Notes: generated by a model from the letters alone, not told the origin. A stretch of 64,000 nt of DNA from Octopus vulgaris (GCA_951406725.2 OX597815.1:4526001-4590000), one strand, 5' to 3'; counted from the first letter of the stretch, positions 11,718 through 25,217 are shown. Translations and numbers: made by a program.

Positions 11718-13694
11718 ATTCTTATAACGTTACGCTAAGGATTTAGTATTTAACAAAGACTTTCACCTGAGAACAGAGCTTAAATTCTTCATCATTTTGA
11801 AAGATTTTTTTGCATTCTGCATTCATGCAGATATGTAAGTAATTCATTTATTATTAAATATTACAATATAAATCATCGTCATCATCATCGTTTAGCGTCC
11901 GCTTTCCATGCTAGCATGGGTTGGACGGTTCAACTGGGGTCTGGGAAGCCAGAAGGCTGCACCAGGCCCAGTTTGATCTGGCAATGTTTCTACAGCTGGA
12001 TGCCCTTCCTAACGCCAACCACTCCATGAGTGCAGTGGGTGCTTTTTACGTGCCACCGGCACGGAGACCAGACAAAGCTGGCAACGGCCACGATCGGATG
12101 GTGCTTTTTATGTGCCACCAGCACGGGGGCCAGGCGAGGCTGGCAACAGCTACGAACGGATGGTGCTTTTTATGTGCCACCAGCACGGGGGCCAGGCGAG
12201 GCTGGCAACGGCCACGAACAGATGGTGCTTTTTACGTGCCACATAAATCATTTATGTTTTTCAGTTACGAAATAATTTCTCATGATGTTCGAATTTTTTT
12301 ATCATCGTCATTTAACCTCTGCTTTCCATGCTAGCATGGGTTGGACGGTTCGACCGGGGACTGGCAAGCCCGGAGGCTGCACCAGGCTCCAATCTGATTT
12401 GGCAAGGTTTCTACAGCTGGATGCCCTTCCTAACACAATGCCAACCAGCCCCAAGAGTGTTGTGGGTGCCTTTTTACATGCCACTGGCACAGAGCCCAAT
12501 CAGGTAGTACTGGCATCGACCATGCTCGAATAATGCTTTTTACATGCCACCAGCACAGGAGCCAGGTGGCACTGGCATCGAATACGCTCAAATGGTGCGT
12601 TTTATGTGACACCGACATTGGCGTCGGCCACACTCGAGTGGTGCTCTTTATGTGCCACCGGCATGGGTGCCAAAATTTCAAACTAGTGCTCTGTCATTTA
12701 TATATAGAGAGGGGGGGGAGGCGGAAGAGAGAGAGAGAGAGGTAGTGATGCAGCTAAATACAATTAGGCTTGACTTGTATATATGTGTGTGTGTGTGTGT
12801 GTGTGTGCAGAAAGAGAGAAAGACAGAAAATATTGAAGTAAAAGCCAGCAATAAAGATGGAGAGACAAAGAGAGGGGGGGAGGGGAAAAAGAGTAAGGGG
12901 GAGGAGGAGAGATATGGAGAAAGATAGAAGAGAAAAATATAAACAAAGAAAGTAAAAAATAAAGTACATGAAGAAATTGGCAGAATGCAGAGTGCCACAC
13001 CCTACACTGCCATTCTTCTTAAGAAACATTAGAATCACCAATTCCCTCCACCCATCCCCCACTGCTCCAAAAACAATCAATGCTTATTTACATAAAGCTG
13101 ACTGTTTCTTTACCAAATTACCATCAACCAATCTAACAGTGGTGGTCGTGGTGGGAGTGTTCCTCACCTAACACTGTAGTACAATACCAGGTTAGACTTT
13201 ATACATGATCTATGCACAGAATTTTCTGAAAATTCAATTTATTTCATTCATTGCTATACGCTTTACTCTCTTTTACTTGTTTCAGTCATTTGACTGTGGC
13301 CATGCTGGAGCACCGCCTTTAGTCGAGCAAATTGACCCAGGGACTTATTCTTTGTAAGCCCAGTACATATTCTATTGGTCTCTTTTGCCGAACCGCTAAG
13401 TGACAGGGACGTAAACACACCAGCATCGGTTGTCAAGCAATGCTAGGGGGACAAACACAGACACACACACTTACATATATATACATATATAGGACAGGCT
13501 TCTTTCAGTTTCCGTCTACCAAATCCACTCACAAGGCATTGGTCGGCCCGGGGCTATAGCAGAAGACACTTGCCCAAGATGCCACGCAGTGGGACTGAAC
13601 CCGGAACCATGTGGTTGGTTAGCAAGCTACTTACCACACAGCCACTCCTGCGCCTATGTTTGAATTTTTTAAATTTTATTTTAACATTATGTCA

Positions 13695-13878
13695 TAGATG
13701 CAAGCATGGCTATAGGAACAGGCATGGCTATAGGCTCAAACACAACTATAGGTGCAGAGTCTGGGCTATACACACAAGCATGGCTTTGGCACAGGCATGG
13801 CATTTAGCACTGGCATGGCTTTAGGTATTGGCAAGGCTATAAGATCAAATATGACAATATGCACAACAGGGCTACAGA
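13695..13878. repeat. Degenerate ~18 bp minisatellite (ggctataggcacaggcat-like)
   Basis: About ten recurring catggctatagg-like units. Confidence 0.6.
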
Positions 13879-15300
13879 AAGAAAGCACTGCCTCAGTGTA
13901 TGCTCATCTGGCCTAAGTGACCATGGAAAAGGGGACACTTCAATTATTAGAGGCTGGGGGACAAAGGGTGTCCCTAGGAACCATTTGTCAAATTAAAATT
14001 GCTAAATCTGATAGAATAATATCCCATCTTCATTAAACTCGACACCATTCTTACAGGAATATACAATAGTTATCTGTTATTTTTTACTTGTTTCAGTCAT
14101 TGGACTATGGCCATGCTGGGGCACTGCTTTGAAGAACTTTTTTTTTTTAACAAATCAACCACCGTACTTTTTTTTTTAAGCCTGGTACTTATTAGTCTCT
14201 TTTGCCAAACTGTTAAGTTACAAGGATGTAAACACACAAACATCAGTTGTCAAGCAGTGGTGGGAGACAAACACACACATATATACAAGAGGCTTCTTTC
14301 AGTTTCCATTTACCAAATCCACTCGCAAGGCTTTGGTTGGCCCAAGGTTATAGTAGAAGACCCTTGTACAAGGGGCCATGTAATGGGAGTGAACCTGGAA
14401 TCATGAAATTAGGAACCAAACTTCTTACCACACAGCCACTTGTAAATTGATTTATAGTTAATTAGTAGTTTTCTTAATTAGTAAGAACTGCATTAGTAAT
14501 TAACTCTGTTTTTGTTTTATCGCATAAAGCAGATAAGAAATATATTCACTCTTAGCTACAATGAGACTCAATTCACATTAACAGACGAGTGGGCTTCTGC
14601 ATGGCTGTTCAATCTGTTAGAAATAGCAGCCAGATATTCCCTTAACTCACATATTACTGTCTTAAAAGTTATCTAAAATTCATTATATGATATTTGAAAA
14701 AAAAGATGGGATGATCTTGATCAGAATATCTGATTCAATCTGACTTGACCTGGGGTTAAACGACATTACCTAGTCAATTACAGGTAACTTCCCTCAAATA
14801 TTTCTGAATCTCTTTGCCAAAACTAAAAACAGCAAGTGTTGAAATTAAATATCTTCCTTAGATCCACAAAAGAACCTGTTGCAGGTGGATTTGAATTCAT
14901 TATTTATATCATTGGGCAATAAACTACACTAGCAAAGACTTGTTGAGTCAAGTGAAGTCACTGTCATGGCTGATGACAGAACCGGTGGCGCGTAAAAAGC
15001 ACCATTCAAGCGTGGTTGATGCTAGTACCACCTGACTGGCACCCATGCCAGTGGCACGTTAAAAAGCACCCACTACATTCTCGGAGTGGTTGGCGTTAGG
15101 AAAGGCATCCAGCTGTAAAAACCTTGCCAGATCAAATTGGAGCCTGGTGCAGCCTCCTGGCTTGCCAGCCCTCAGTCAAACTGTCCAACCCATGCCAGCA
15201 TGGAAAATGGATGTTAAACAACAACGATGATGATGATATGTTGGTAATTTGATAAGTTATCAGTTGTTAATTTTATCATTACTATTAGTCACATCCAATC

Positions 15301-15850
15301 TGAGGTCTGCTCAAAACGTATCAGGACTGTTGCTATGGTAATGGGGCTAAAGTATGCAGAGTGAAACCATTTGGTGAAGACTGACCTTGAACTCTGTTAT
15401 GCGAGTTATTACGTTCTTGCTCACTTCCATTGTTTATAGAAGTGCTTGTAAAGTAAAGTGTGGAGAGTGTGGTTGTCTCAAGAGGAGGAAGACCAGGTTC
15501 CAGCTGTGTCGGATCCCCTGGATTGTGTTGAGGAAGATGAAGACTTTTTGAAAATGGTCCTAACAGGTGATGGAATGTGGCTCTACAGCTATGACCCTGA
15601 AACCAAGGCAAACATCAAATCCCACTTGAAAGGAACAAGATTTGAAGACATCAAGGAAATTCAAAAGAATGCAACGAGGCAGCTGCTCACTATCCCAAAA
15701 AGGAGTTCCAGGAATGCTTGCATCAATGGAAATGATGCCAGACAAAGTGTGTGGCTTCAGAAAGGGACTGCTTTGAAGGAGATCAAACATTTGGGTTGTA
15801 GCTTTCTTTTTATGGCGCCAGTCTCCTGATACTTTCTGGGTCAGGCCTCA
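15301..15850 (+). mobile_element. Internally deleted mariner element
   Basis: TIRs tgaggtctgctcaaaacgtatcagga / tcctgatactttctgggtcaggcctca. Transposase pieces LTGDGMWLYSYDPETK and KSHLKGTRFEDIKEIQ. Confidence 0.85.
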
Positions 15851-16167
15851 TATTTTATTTTTAATGTCTGCACAATTAAATTGGATTTGTTGACTTTGGG
15901 ATCAACAGAGATCACTGCCTCTGCCAAATCAAGGGGGTAAATGTGGTAAATTTTATGTTTCAATCTGTCTAATCCCCTTAGCATTCAGATCACTCAGTCA
16001 AATATTATATTTATTTATTCACATTGTTTTGAATTAATCATGCATTATCTTGTAGCTTTGAGATTGTAATGATCGGATTATCTTTAGAATGACATTGTAG
16101 GGTAGGTGTAAAAGGCCAAACCCAGCCAATCTGAACATAAAACAGATATATTTGGACCAGAAATTGA

Positions 16168-16400
16168 AGGCGGCGAGCTGGCAGAAACGGTAGCACGCCG
16201 GGCGAAATGCGTAACCCGTATTTCGTCTGCCGTTACGTTCTGAGTTCAAATTCCGCCGAGGTCGACTTTGCCTTTCATCCTTTCGGGGTCGATAAATAAA
16301 GTACCAGTTACACACTTGGGTCGATATAATCGACTTAATCCATTTGTCTGTCCTTGTTTGTCCCCTCTGTGTTTAGCCCCTTGTGGGTAGTAAAGAAATA
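16168..16400 (+). mobile_element. tRNA-derived SINE with Meta-domain-like core, inserted in a piggyBac-like MITE
   Basis: Core gtcgactttgcctttcatcctttcggggtcgataaataaagtaccag. Flanking repeat agatatatttgg(a/g)ccag. Copies at 18938, 20994, 28570, 33179. Confidence 0.75.
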
Positions 16401-16699
16401 GATATATTTGGGCCAGTTAAAGCTGGCTTAAGCACTAAAGCATGCAATGCGTCACTAACTTTCCAACAATCTCAAGCCATAAGAAGATACATTATAATTC
16501 TATGATGGATAGATTCTGGGAAATGGCCCAACAACCAAATTGGTCCTTTCCATGCCTGACTCGTATGTTTTCCCCCACCCCATCACTGCTGAACAAAACC
16601 TGGCTGTCCACCAAGAAGTTGCAGAAACTCGACACTCAATCTCTGACTTGAGTGAGGAAGAAATGGATATTAAAGCAAAAATCCACACAAAATAGCACA

Positions 16700-16950
16700 A
16701 TGAGTGAGTTGTATCCAGGTATGGGTGGCTTATCTGGTATTCCTAGAAGAAATCTGTCCAAACTCCGTTTAAAGGTGATGGGATCATTTTCCTCTTTGAT
16801 CAGTTTTGGGACAATGTTAAACAGAGCAAGGCCTGTTAAGGAAAAGAAATTGTGTCGCAGTGTACCTATATGTTGTGATCCTGAATTGGGAAGAGGCCAT
16901 ATGGTCCATGGTTTCAGCCTTGGATGAACCTTGAAACTAATATTCAGGTC
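16700..16950 (-). mobile_element. CR1/L2-group LINE ORF2 C-terminal remnant
   Basis: Minus frame GLALFNIVPKLIKEENDPITFKRSLDRFLLGIPDKP resembles the 43760 ORF. Confidence 0.6.
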
Positions 16951-17514
16951 GTTTGGTCAATATTGGCGGTGTATTCTCCACATCGTACAAATGATGTACC
17001 GCTCCCGGTGGTGCTGGAGAGAGTAGAGTTGGAATGCCCTGCTAACAAACCTGCCCACAGCCGCAACTGAATCCTGATGCATTGAGGAAGTCACAGAACC
17101 TGCCAACCGTGATGTGACCGTCATCAGTCTGCCTGAAGAAATCACTGCTCAAAGGACATTTGCTGACAACTCCTCCAAAAACTGTTTCACATTGTTCCAA
17201 GGCATGTTTGTGCCATTTAGCTTCTGATAAAGCTAAGTGAGAAAATCGTAATTGCTTATCAAACTTGTCCTGGTTTAACCACCTGATATACACCCAAAGC
17301 TTACTGGAACAGTGCCTCGTCGATGTCAAACAAGAGTTTCAGTCCATGAGTTTATGGACAGACGTAGAAATTTAATAAGTCTGGTGAGACATAAAAGAAC
17401 AATACAAGCTGGACTATAAATATCAACCAAACAATGAACAGCAATGTTAAAGCCTCAGGAAACAAGAACACTACACCATCATTTATGGGTCATGATAGGC
17501 TTAAATGCAATTAT

Positions 17515-18350
17515 AGATTGCTGTCTTTAAATGCCCAAACTTTAAGCAACTAGGATCAGCTTTTTGACTCTTACTTCATAAGTAGTGACCCTGAATTCAT
17601 TACAGGTGTGGAAACGTGGATCCATTCATTATTATACAACATGGTTTTTAGCATGGCTGACTACAACTTGTTTTGCAAAGTCACCTCTAATCGCTGTGGG
17701 AGTGGTGTGATGGTCTGGTCACCCAAGCACTTCAGCAATTCTTTGCCATGATTTGAACCAGTCACAGTAAGATGTTCTTTTTCTGCAGCATTTGTATAAA
17801 CATGTTACACAAGATCACCTCCCCCTCCCCTGAAAGTTTTGTCTTGCACTGTAAAATGGTTGGTGTTTCAGAAGGGCATCCAGCCGTAAAATCCTTGCCA
17901 AAACTGACCTCACCTGTGTTTGTGACATCTAAAAAGCACTAAGTCCGCTCTGCTGAGTGGTTGGTGTTTGGAAGGGCATCCAGCTGTAAAAATCCTGCCA
18001 AAACAGTCACAGAAGTCTGGTGCAGGCTTCTGCCTGGCCGGCTCTTGTGAAACCGTCCCACTCATGCCAGGTGGACATTCAATACTTATATTTGAAATTG
18101 TTTGCCATTTCTCAATCTACCATCAAGATACGCAGCTTTTTGGCATCCTCAAGAAAACTACCTTTTTGTTCAGGCCTCATATTTTATTTTTATCACTGGT
18201 GATTTCAATTACTCAGAGACTGGTTAGGAAACTTTTCATAGGCCCCAAAGTACAAATTATTTCCTTGACTTAGTGCTAGCCTCAAACTGGTACCAAGTAG
18301 TCACCTCCCCACAAGAGGTAACAAAACTATGGACAAAGCTGTTTACCACT
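17515..18350 (+). mobile_element. Degraded LINE apurinic-endonuclease domain
   Basis: LSLNAQTL, GVETW, NRCGSGV, ITGDFNY and QVVTSP motifs with stops, frameshifts and an inserted repeat. Confidence 0.65.
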
Positions 18351-18782
18351 GTTGCTGAAAGTTATCAGCGTCACTATCAGGAAATCTTAAAGCAATTCCA
18401 ATCACGCTTTGATCATTGCCAAGCTGTTTCTTGATTGGTAGGAAGAAAGGACACCTTCACCTTCAAACTGCTTGCTCTGACAGAAACTCCTTTTGTACTG
18501 AGTTATAGGGTCCCAACTGGTTCACATTTTATGATTCCAGAAATATCAGTAGCATCCTTCAGAACATCCTTAATTCAAACTGGGCCACATACAAAGCATC
18601 AGTACCATGTAAACATAATAAAAACTAATAAGTGCAATATGGGAGGTGGCAACAGTCCACCTTGGCAGTTAAAGAAAGACGTGATGCTGAATATAAATTC
18701 AGATTACATAGCACAGAGGAGAATAGAATAACATAACCCCACATCCTTTGCTACCCCTTTAGCATTCAGATTATTCTGTTAA

Positions 18783-18868
18783 CCTCTAGCATGCTTCAGC
18801 ACATTGCATTGCACTGAAAGGGGAGAAAACTTGTATGGCAACATGATGCATCTACAGCATGCTAAAGG
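18783..18868. mobile_element. 86 bp piggyBac-like MITE nested in another piggyBac-like MITE
   Basis: TTAA|CCTCTAGCATGCT...AGCATGCTAAAGG|TTAA. Confidence 0.75.
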
Positions 18869-18937
18869 TTAAATGTAATGCTTATTTATTCATAGTGTTT
18901 TGAATTAATCACACATTATTTTGTGGCTTTGGTATTT

Positions 18938-19543
18938 GAGCTGGCAGAAACGTTAGCACGCTGGGCGAAATGCTTAGCGAGTATTTTGTCTGCCGCTACG
19001 TTCTGAGTTCAAATTCCGCCAAGGTCAACATTGCCTTTCATCCTTTCGGGGTCAATTTAATAAGTACTAGTTATGCACTGGGGTCGATATAATCGACTTA
19101 ATCCGTTTATCTGTCCTTGTTTGTCCCCGCTGTGTTTAGCCCCTTCTGGGTAGTAAAGAAACAGAAATAGGTATTTCGTCTGCCGCTACGTTCTGAGTTC
19201 AAATTCTGCCAAGGTCGACTTTGCCTTTCATCCTTTCGGGATCGATTAAATAAGTACCAGTTACAAATTGGGGTCAATATAATCGACTTAATCCGTTTGT
19301 CTGTCCTTGTTTGTCCCCTCTGTGTTTAGCTCCTTGTGGGTAGTAAAGAAATAGAAATAGGTATTTCGTCTGCCGCTACGTTCTGAGTTCAAATTCTGCC
19401 GAGGTCGACTTTGCCTTTCATCCTTTCGGGATCGATTAAATAAGTACCAGTTACGCACTGCGGTCGATATAATCGACTTAATCCATTTGTCTGTCCTTGT
19501 TTGTCCTCTCTGTGTTTAGCTCCTTGTGGGTAGTAAGGAAATA
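18938..19543 (+). repeat. Meta-like SINE with its 3' ~180 bp present three times in tandem
   Basis: Three near-identical units, each beginning gtattt(c/t)gtctgccgctacg. Confidence 0.85.
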
Positions 19544-19799
19544 GGTATTTCAATGATGTGATTGTTTATTTTTAGAATGATATTGTAGGTAAGGTGCAAG
19601 AGGCCAGATCTGGCTGGTTTGAAGATAAAACAAGTAAAATACTAAGGCTAGATATGGCTGGTTTCAATGCTCATGGGTTAAACTTCATAACCACATGGCC
19701 ATTGCTTCCCCTGAGGCTATTACTGTGCTCAACTCAGAACACAACATGATTCCTGTAGTAAGGTTTGAACACAAAACCAAAAACAGAGGTTGGAAGAGA

Positions 19800-20018
19800 A
19801 GCACAAAAGCTCTTCAGCTTAGTTCATCTAAGATTTCATTTGTAATAACATCTTAATAACAAACTTTCAATGTCTAGATATTCGAATGCTGAGCATCCAA
19901 AGCATTTTATCAGAGAATAAATCCAGTTCTAAGGAAGTGGTTACACGGATTGCAAAGCATCGCAGTAAAAGAAGATCAATGGAGATAAAACTTGCTGGGG
20001 AATTAAAAGCAATGTAAA
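19800..20018 (+). mobile_element. Possible hAT transposase dimerisation-domain remnant
   Basis: DIRMLSIQSILSENK...EVVTRIAKHRSKRR resembles the hAT C-terminal LSIE...VI..FA...RR pattern. Confidence 0.3.
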
Positions 20019-20552
20019 GTAATCTACATTTACTCTGGCAAGTAAATCTGATACGACGTATACTTTTTCCATTTTAAGCTGAACTTATCTCTTTTTCTAA
20101 ATCTGCTGCAAATCAACTTGTAGCTCACAACAAAGCTGATCGGTTAAAGCAAAGCAAACAATGGTTTAGTCTTGCAATCTATTCGCGAAAATCAATAAAA
20201 ATATGACGAAAATATTAAAAATCCAAATAACTCTCAGAATGCTACATGGAAAGAGAGGTTTTGTTTTTTTGATCTTGGAACTTTTGTTTTTGTATTTTTA
20301 TTTATTTATTTATATTTATTTTTTTCCGATTTTTATCATCATCATTAGGGTGTATGGTAAGAAGTTTGCTTCCCGATCACATGGTTGCGGGTTCAGTCCC
20401 ACTGCAGGGCATCTTGGGCAAGTGTCTTCTACCATAGCCTTGTGAGTAGATTTGGTCAATGGAAACCGAAAGAAGCCGATCGTGTGTGTGTGTGTGTGTG
20501 TGTGTATGTACCACATCCTCACGTTTTTTGTGTTTGTTGTTGCTTTGAATTA

Positions 20553-20591
<39 letters not shown>

Positions 20592-21408
20592 TATATATAT
20601 ATGTATGTCCTTGTGTCTGTGTTTGAACCCCACCATTGCTTGACAACCAGTGTTGGTTTGTTTATGTCCCTGTACCTTAGCAGTTCAGTAAAAGAGACTG
20701 ATAGCATAAGTACCAGGCTGATATAGAATACTGTGGTCAATTCACTCGACTAAAAACTTTTCAAGGTTGTGCCCCAGCATGGCTGCAGTCCAATGACTGA
20801 AACAAGTAAAAGATAAACAATAAACGATCACACTTTCCAAACATTGTTATGTTCCAAGTTGAAAATCTGCCAAAAGGAAGGTCAACTTTTATCATTCTGG
20901 CATTATTAAAATAAAACACCAGTCAATGACTAATGATTGGTTGCCTACCATCACCTTGTGACAACATTAGGAATCAATATACTAAGAACAATAAGGTGGT
21001 GAGATGGCAGAATCATTAGCACACTGGGCAAAATACTCAGCGATATTTCATCTGCTATTACGTTCTGAGTTCATATTCCACTGAGGTTGACTTTGCCTTT
21101 CATTCTTTTGGGGTCGATGTAATCGACTTAATCCCTTTCTCTGTCCTTGTTTGTCCCCTCTAATGTTTAGTCACCTGTAGGCAATAAAGAAATAAATATA
21201 TTGAGAACAATACAATAGGGTTAATCTACAGGCAGTTAAAACACTATCCCGGTTTCAATTCCCAGTGGAAGAGAATTCATTTCACTCGAATTTCTTTTGT
21301 CAAAACAAACACATCAATCTTCTCTTTCTCTGATTCTGAAATTCCTTGACAATATTTCTGTATAAGATCCTACTGCTATTGTTATTACTATTATTATTAT
21401 TATTATTA

Positions 21409-21710
21409 TTACCTCTGCCTTAGCGAAAGCAGAGGTATTGTTTTCAGTCATGTTTGTCTGTTTGTTTATGGACAAGATATCTCAACAACCACTGGATGGA
21501 TTCGGATGAAATTTCAAAGACGTTTGGACTCGTGACTGGCACAAACTGATTAGATTTTGTTATCAATCCGGTACTGGATTATTTTTCCTGTTCTTTTACT
21601 TAATTTTTGAGAGTGGTCAGGTTCATTTTTAGTATTCCTATTTGTGAGAGTAGTTGAGTTATTCATTGAGAGGACGTTGGTGTTGCCTTGGCAGAGGTTT
21701 GCACTCTCTG

Positions 21711-21715
<5 letters not shown>
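21409..21715 (+). mobile_element. Helentron-associated (HINE/DINE-1-like) non-autonomous element
   Basis: 5' acctctgccttagcgaaagcagaggt palindrome, GTTT/GTCT microsatellite, 3' subTIR ccttggcagaggt. Inserted in (TTA)n. Confidence 0.65.
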
Positions 21716-21741
<26 letters not shown>

Positions 21742-22416
21742 TAAGGGTGGAGAGCAGGCAGAATCATTAACATGCTGGACATATTATTTAGAAACAGTTG
21801 AGGGTTGGTGGCAAGAAGGGCATCCAGCTGTAGAAAATCTGCCTCAAGGAATTCCATTTAGCCTGTGCAAGCATGGGAAAGTGGACATTAAAACTACTGA
21901 TCCTGTTTTGGAATTTGAAAAAGATCAACAGTTCAGGGCTGGAAAGAAAACTAATAGATGACATCACCAGGAGAGACAATCATTTATGATAAGAGCTTGA
22001 GTTTTCAGTTGTTTCTAGAGTTTCGGTTGTGTGTTGTACAAGACTGGTGTGCAAGGAAGGTGTAAGGCTGTGTCCTTGATAGGTGGACAGATTTTTGCCT
22101 TATTGGAATCAATCTCCAGTGAAGGCATATATAAGTCTGATCTCAACTTAAGGCAATATCGTTTTATGAAGGTATGATGTGTGTCACCTGGTTCTACATC
22201 ATCTTGCAGCTGAGAGGTCTTTGTCCTGTGATGGTGCCACATAAAAAACATTCAGTAGACTCTTTAAAGTGGTTGGCATCAGGAAGGGCTTCCAACCTTA
22301 GAACTCCTGCCAAAACAGACAGTTGGAGACTGGTGCAGCTCTCTGGCTGGCCAGCATGCAAAGATGAATGTTTTTGTGATGATGTGGTATCTAGTTGCTG
22401 ACAGGCTGAGCAATGT

Positions 22417-23280
22417 AGTAAAGATTGTTTGCCAACATAACGTGGCAGTCCAGGTTTAGGATGAATGTTGCTGTATTTTAGCCCCAGGAGACTTCGTCTG
22501 CAGCTGGCTATACGACATCATCTGCGTCCTTATATTTTCGAACAAGGGCATCTAGCACCCCCACTCAGCTCAAAACAATATCTGTGTATCGCGATTTCTA
22601 GGTTATTTCCTTTCAACAGCACAGAATAATTGTTCGGCCAGAGGTGGCGCTGCCAAATTCCCGTTCGAAATATATAGTTTTCAAGGTGACAACTAGTCCC
22701 TGATTTATAAATTAGAAAATTACTGTTTTTAGATCTCACAACGTGAGATATTCAGCAACAGTACTTTAGAGTAAAGATTGTTTGCCAACATAACATGGCA
22801 GTCCAGGTTTAGGACGAATGTTGCTGTAATTTAGCCCCAGGAGACTTCGTCTGCAGCTGGCTATACGACATCATCTGCATCCTTATATTTTCGAACAAGG
22901 CCATCTAGCACCCCCACTCAGCTCAAAACAATATCTGTGTATCGCGATTTCTAGGTTATTTCCTTTCAACAGCACAGAATAATTGTTCGGCCAGAGGTGG
23001 CGCTGCCAAATTCCCGTTCGAAATATATAGTTTTCAAGGTGACAACTAGTCCCTGATTTATAAATTAGAAAATTACTATTCAACTGAGTGGGAGTGCTAG
23101 ATTCCCTTGTTTGAAAATATAAGGACATAGATCATGTCATATAGCCAGCTGCAGACGATGTCTCCTGGGGCTAAATTATAGCAACATTCATCCTAAACCT
23201 GGACTGCCATGTTATGTTGGCAAACAATCTTTACTACAAAGTACTGTTGCTGAATATCTCACGTTATGAGATTTAAAAAA
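22417..23280. repeat. 353 bp tandem duplication plus inverted copy (foldback with ~200 bp arms)
   Basis: 22417-22725 matches 22770-23077. 22726-22923 is the reverse complement of 23081-23280. Confidence 0.85.
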
Positions 23281-23399
23281 CAGATTGAGCAATGTTAGAG
23301 ATGACAGTGAGAGAGTTGATCGTATACAGTAAGATGGGCGAGAGCGACATAACTGAGTCTTGGAGTATACTAGAGTTGATAGAGTCTGAGTCACAAAGA

Positions 23400-23790
23400 G
23401 TCTCATCAATGCACGCTGTGATAATATGATATTAAGAGAAATATTTTATCCAAGAGATAAGAGGCAGATGAGTAATTGGGCCCTTTGGCTAGAAAATTTT
23501 CTTGCTGGACAAGATCAAATGCTGTGACATCATGATGTCAAATACCACATTGTTTTTGCCAAATTCTATAACTGGTCAGTGACATAGGAGACCAGATCTC
23601 TTGGAGATTTGGCTTTGGAAGCTGTAATTAGTGGCCATCAGAGGCTGAGGGATGAATTAAGATGCTGGAGTAAATGATAGATAACACTGCCTTTGCATTT
23701 TGTGAGAGCAACAAATGGAGAGATGGCATTACTGGAGAGGTTTCTTCTTTGGGATGGGGTGAAACACATCATGGTTCCAAAGAACAGGAT
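23400..23790 (-). mobile_element. Very degraded LINE reverse-transcriptase fragment
   Basis: Broken minus frames with RT-like spacing (IYHLLQHLNSS...YSFQ...LISWIKYF). Confidence 0.35.
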
Positions 23791-25217
23791 ATCATCATCA
23801 TCATCATCGGTTAACATCCGCTTTCCATGCAGGCATGAGTTGGACGGTTTGACTGAGGACTGGTGAGCCAGAAGGCTGCACCAGGGTCCAATCTGATCTG
23901 GCAAAGTTTCTACAGCTAGATGCCCTTCCTAACGCCAACCACTCCAAGAGTGTAGTGGCTGCTTTTATGTGCCACTGGCATGAGGGCCAGTCAGGTGGTT
24001 CAGGCAACAACCATGCTCAAAAGGTGTTTTTCACGTGCTATCTACACAGTAGCCAGTCCAGCAGCACTGGCAACAACCACGCTCATATGTTGTTTTTCAC
24101 GTGCCACTGGTACATGTGCCGGTAAGGCAATGCTGGAAACAAGCACACTCGATTGGTGCTTTTCACATGTCACTGGCATGGGAGCCAGTCCGTGGCCCTG
24201 GCAACGATCATGCTCAGATGTGCTTTTAACGTTTCACTGGCACAAGAGCCAATCTGTGGCCCTGGCAATGATCACACTGCCAATCAGGCTGTACTGTCAT
24301 TGGCCATGTCAGCGATTTTGATTTGATTTCACTTGCGTCAATAGTTCTTCACAAGCAAAGTCCAATGAATAAGGGGTACTCATAAGTGGGGTGGTGGGTG
24401 GTTACACCCCACGTTCGGATGTGCTTTTAACATTCCATTGGCACAGGTGCCAATCAGGTAGTACTGTCATCAGCCACGTCAGCGATTTTGATATATTGCT
24501 GTAAACTGAGAAAGACTGAAGCGTTTAATGAGGGTAGGGGTCAGTACTAAAACATACAGTTTGTTGGGTAATAGAAGGGAAACTGACAGGACCAGTGGCC
24601 CTGTTTTGAATTAACCAAGGTGTTTTTTCATTTGGTGTGTTTGGGAATATGGTAGAGTTTTGTTGAATGCCTGCAAAGTGAAGCTGAGATGCTTACAAAA
24701 GCATTATGATTGAGGAGCTGTGAATAGGAAGATTGTGCAAAACTGGTAAAAATTCTTTTGATAAGGAAGATAAGTTACGGAAGATGGAGAGCTTAAAAAT
24801 GGATGAAGGCAGGTTTTGCTTTTGAGATGGAAGTATTGCTAGAGTTGCAGTAATGGGTAAAAGCCACATAAAAAGTGGAATGGGTGGGTGGGTGGTATTT
24901 CTTTCCAGACATGTGGTCAGTGTGTTTTGCCTATACTGCTGCAGTGCGTCAACATCATCAATTAACATCCGTTTTCCATGTTGGCAAGGCCCGGAGCCAC
25001 ACACCAGGTTCCATTGTCTGTTTTAGCATGGCTTCTATGGCTGGATGCCATTCCTAATGCCAACCACTTTACAACATGTACAGAGTGCTTTTTATGTGAT
25101 CCCATCACCAGTGCTTTTCATGTGGTACCAGCACCAATGTTTGTACCCCGTAATAACCCACTTAGGTTATTTATTTTAGAGATGAAGGATGTTTAGAGTA
25201 TGTGTAGAATGATAGTA

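Noticed and set aside
12037-12243. CRISPR-like repeat/spacer pattern (25 bp repeat, ~35 bp spacers)
   Set aside because: The spacers are homologous to each other, there are no cas genes, the context is eukaryotic, and the array is part of a dispersed LINE 3' UTR.
22636-22653. CTCF-like motif ggccagaggtggcgctg
   Set aside because: The 5' half of the consensus is out of register and the site lies within a repeat.
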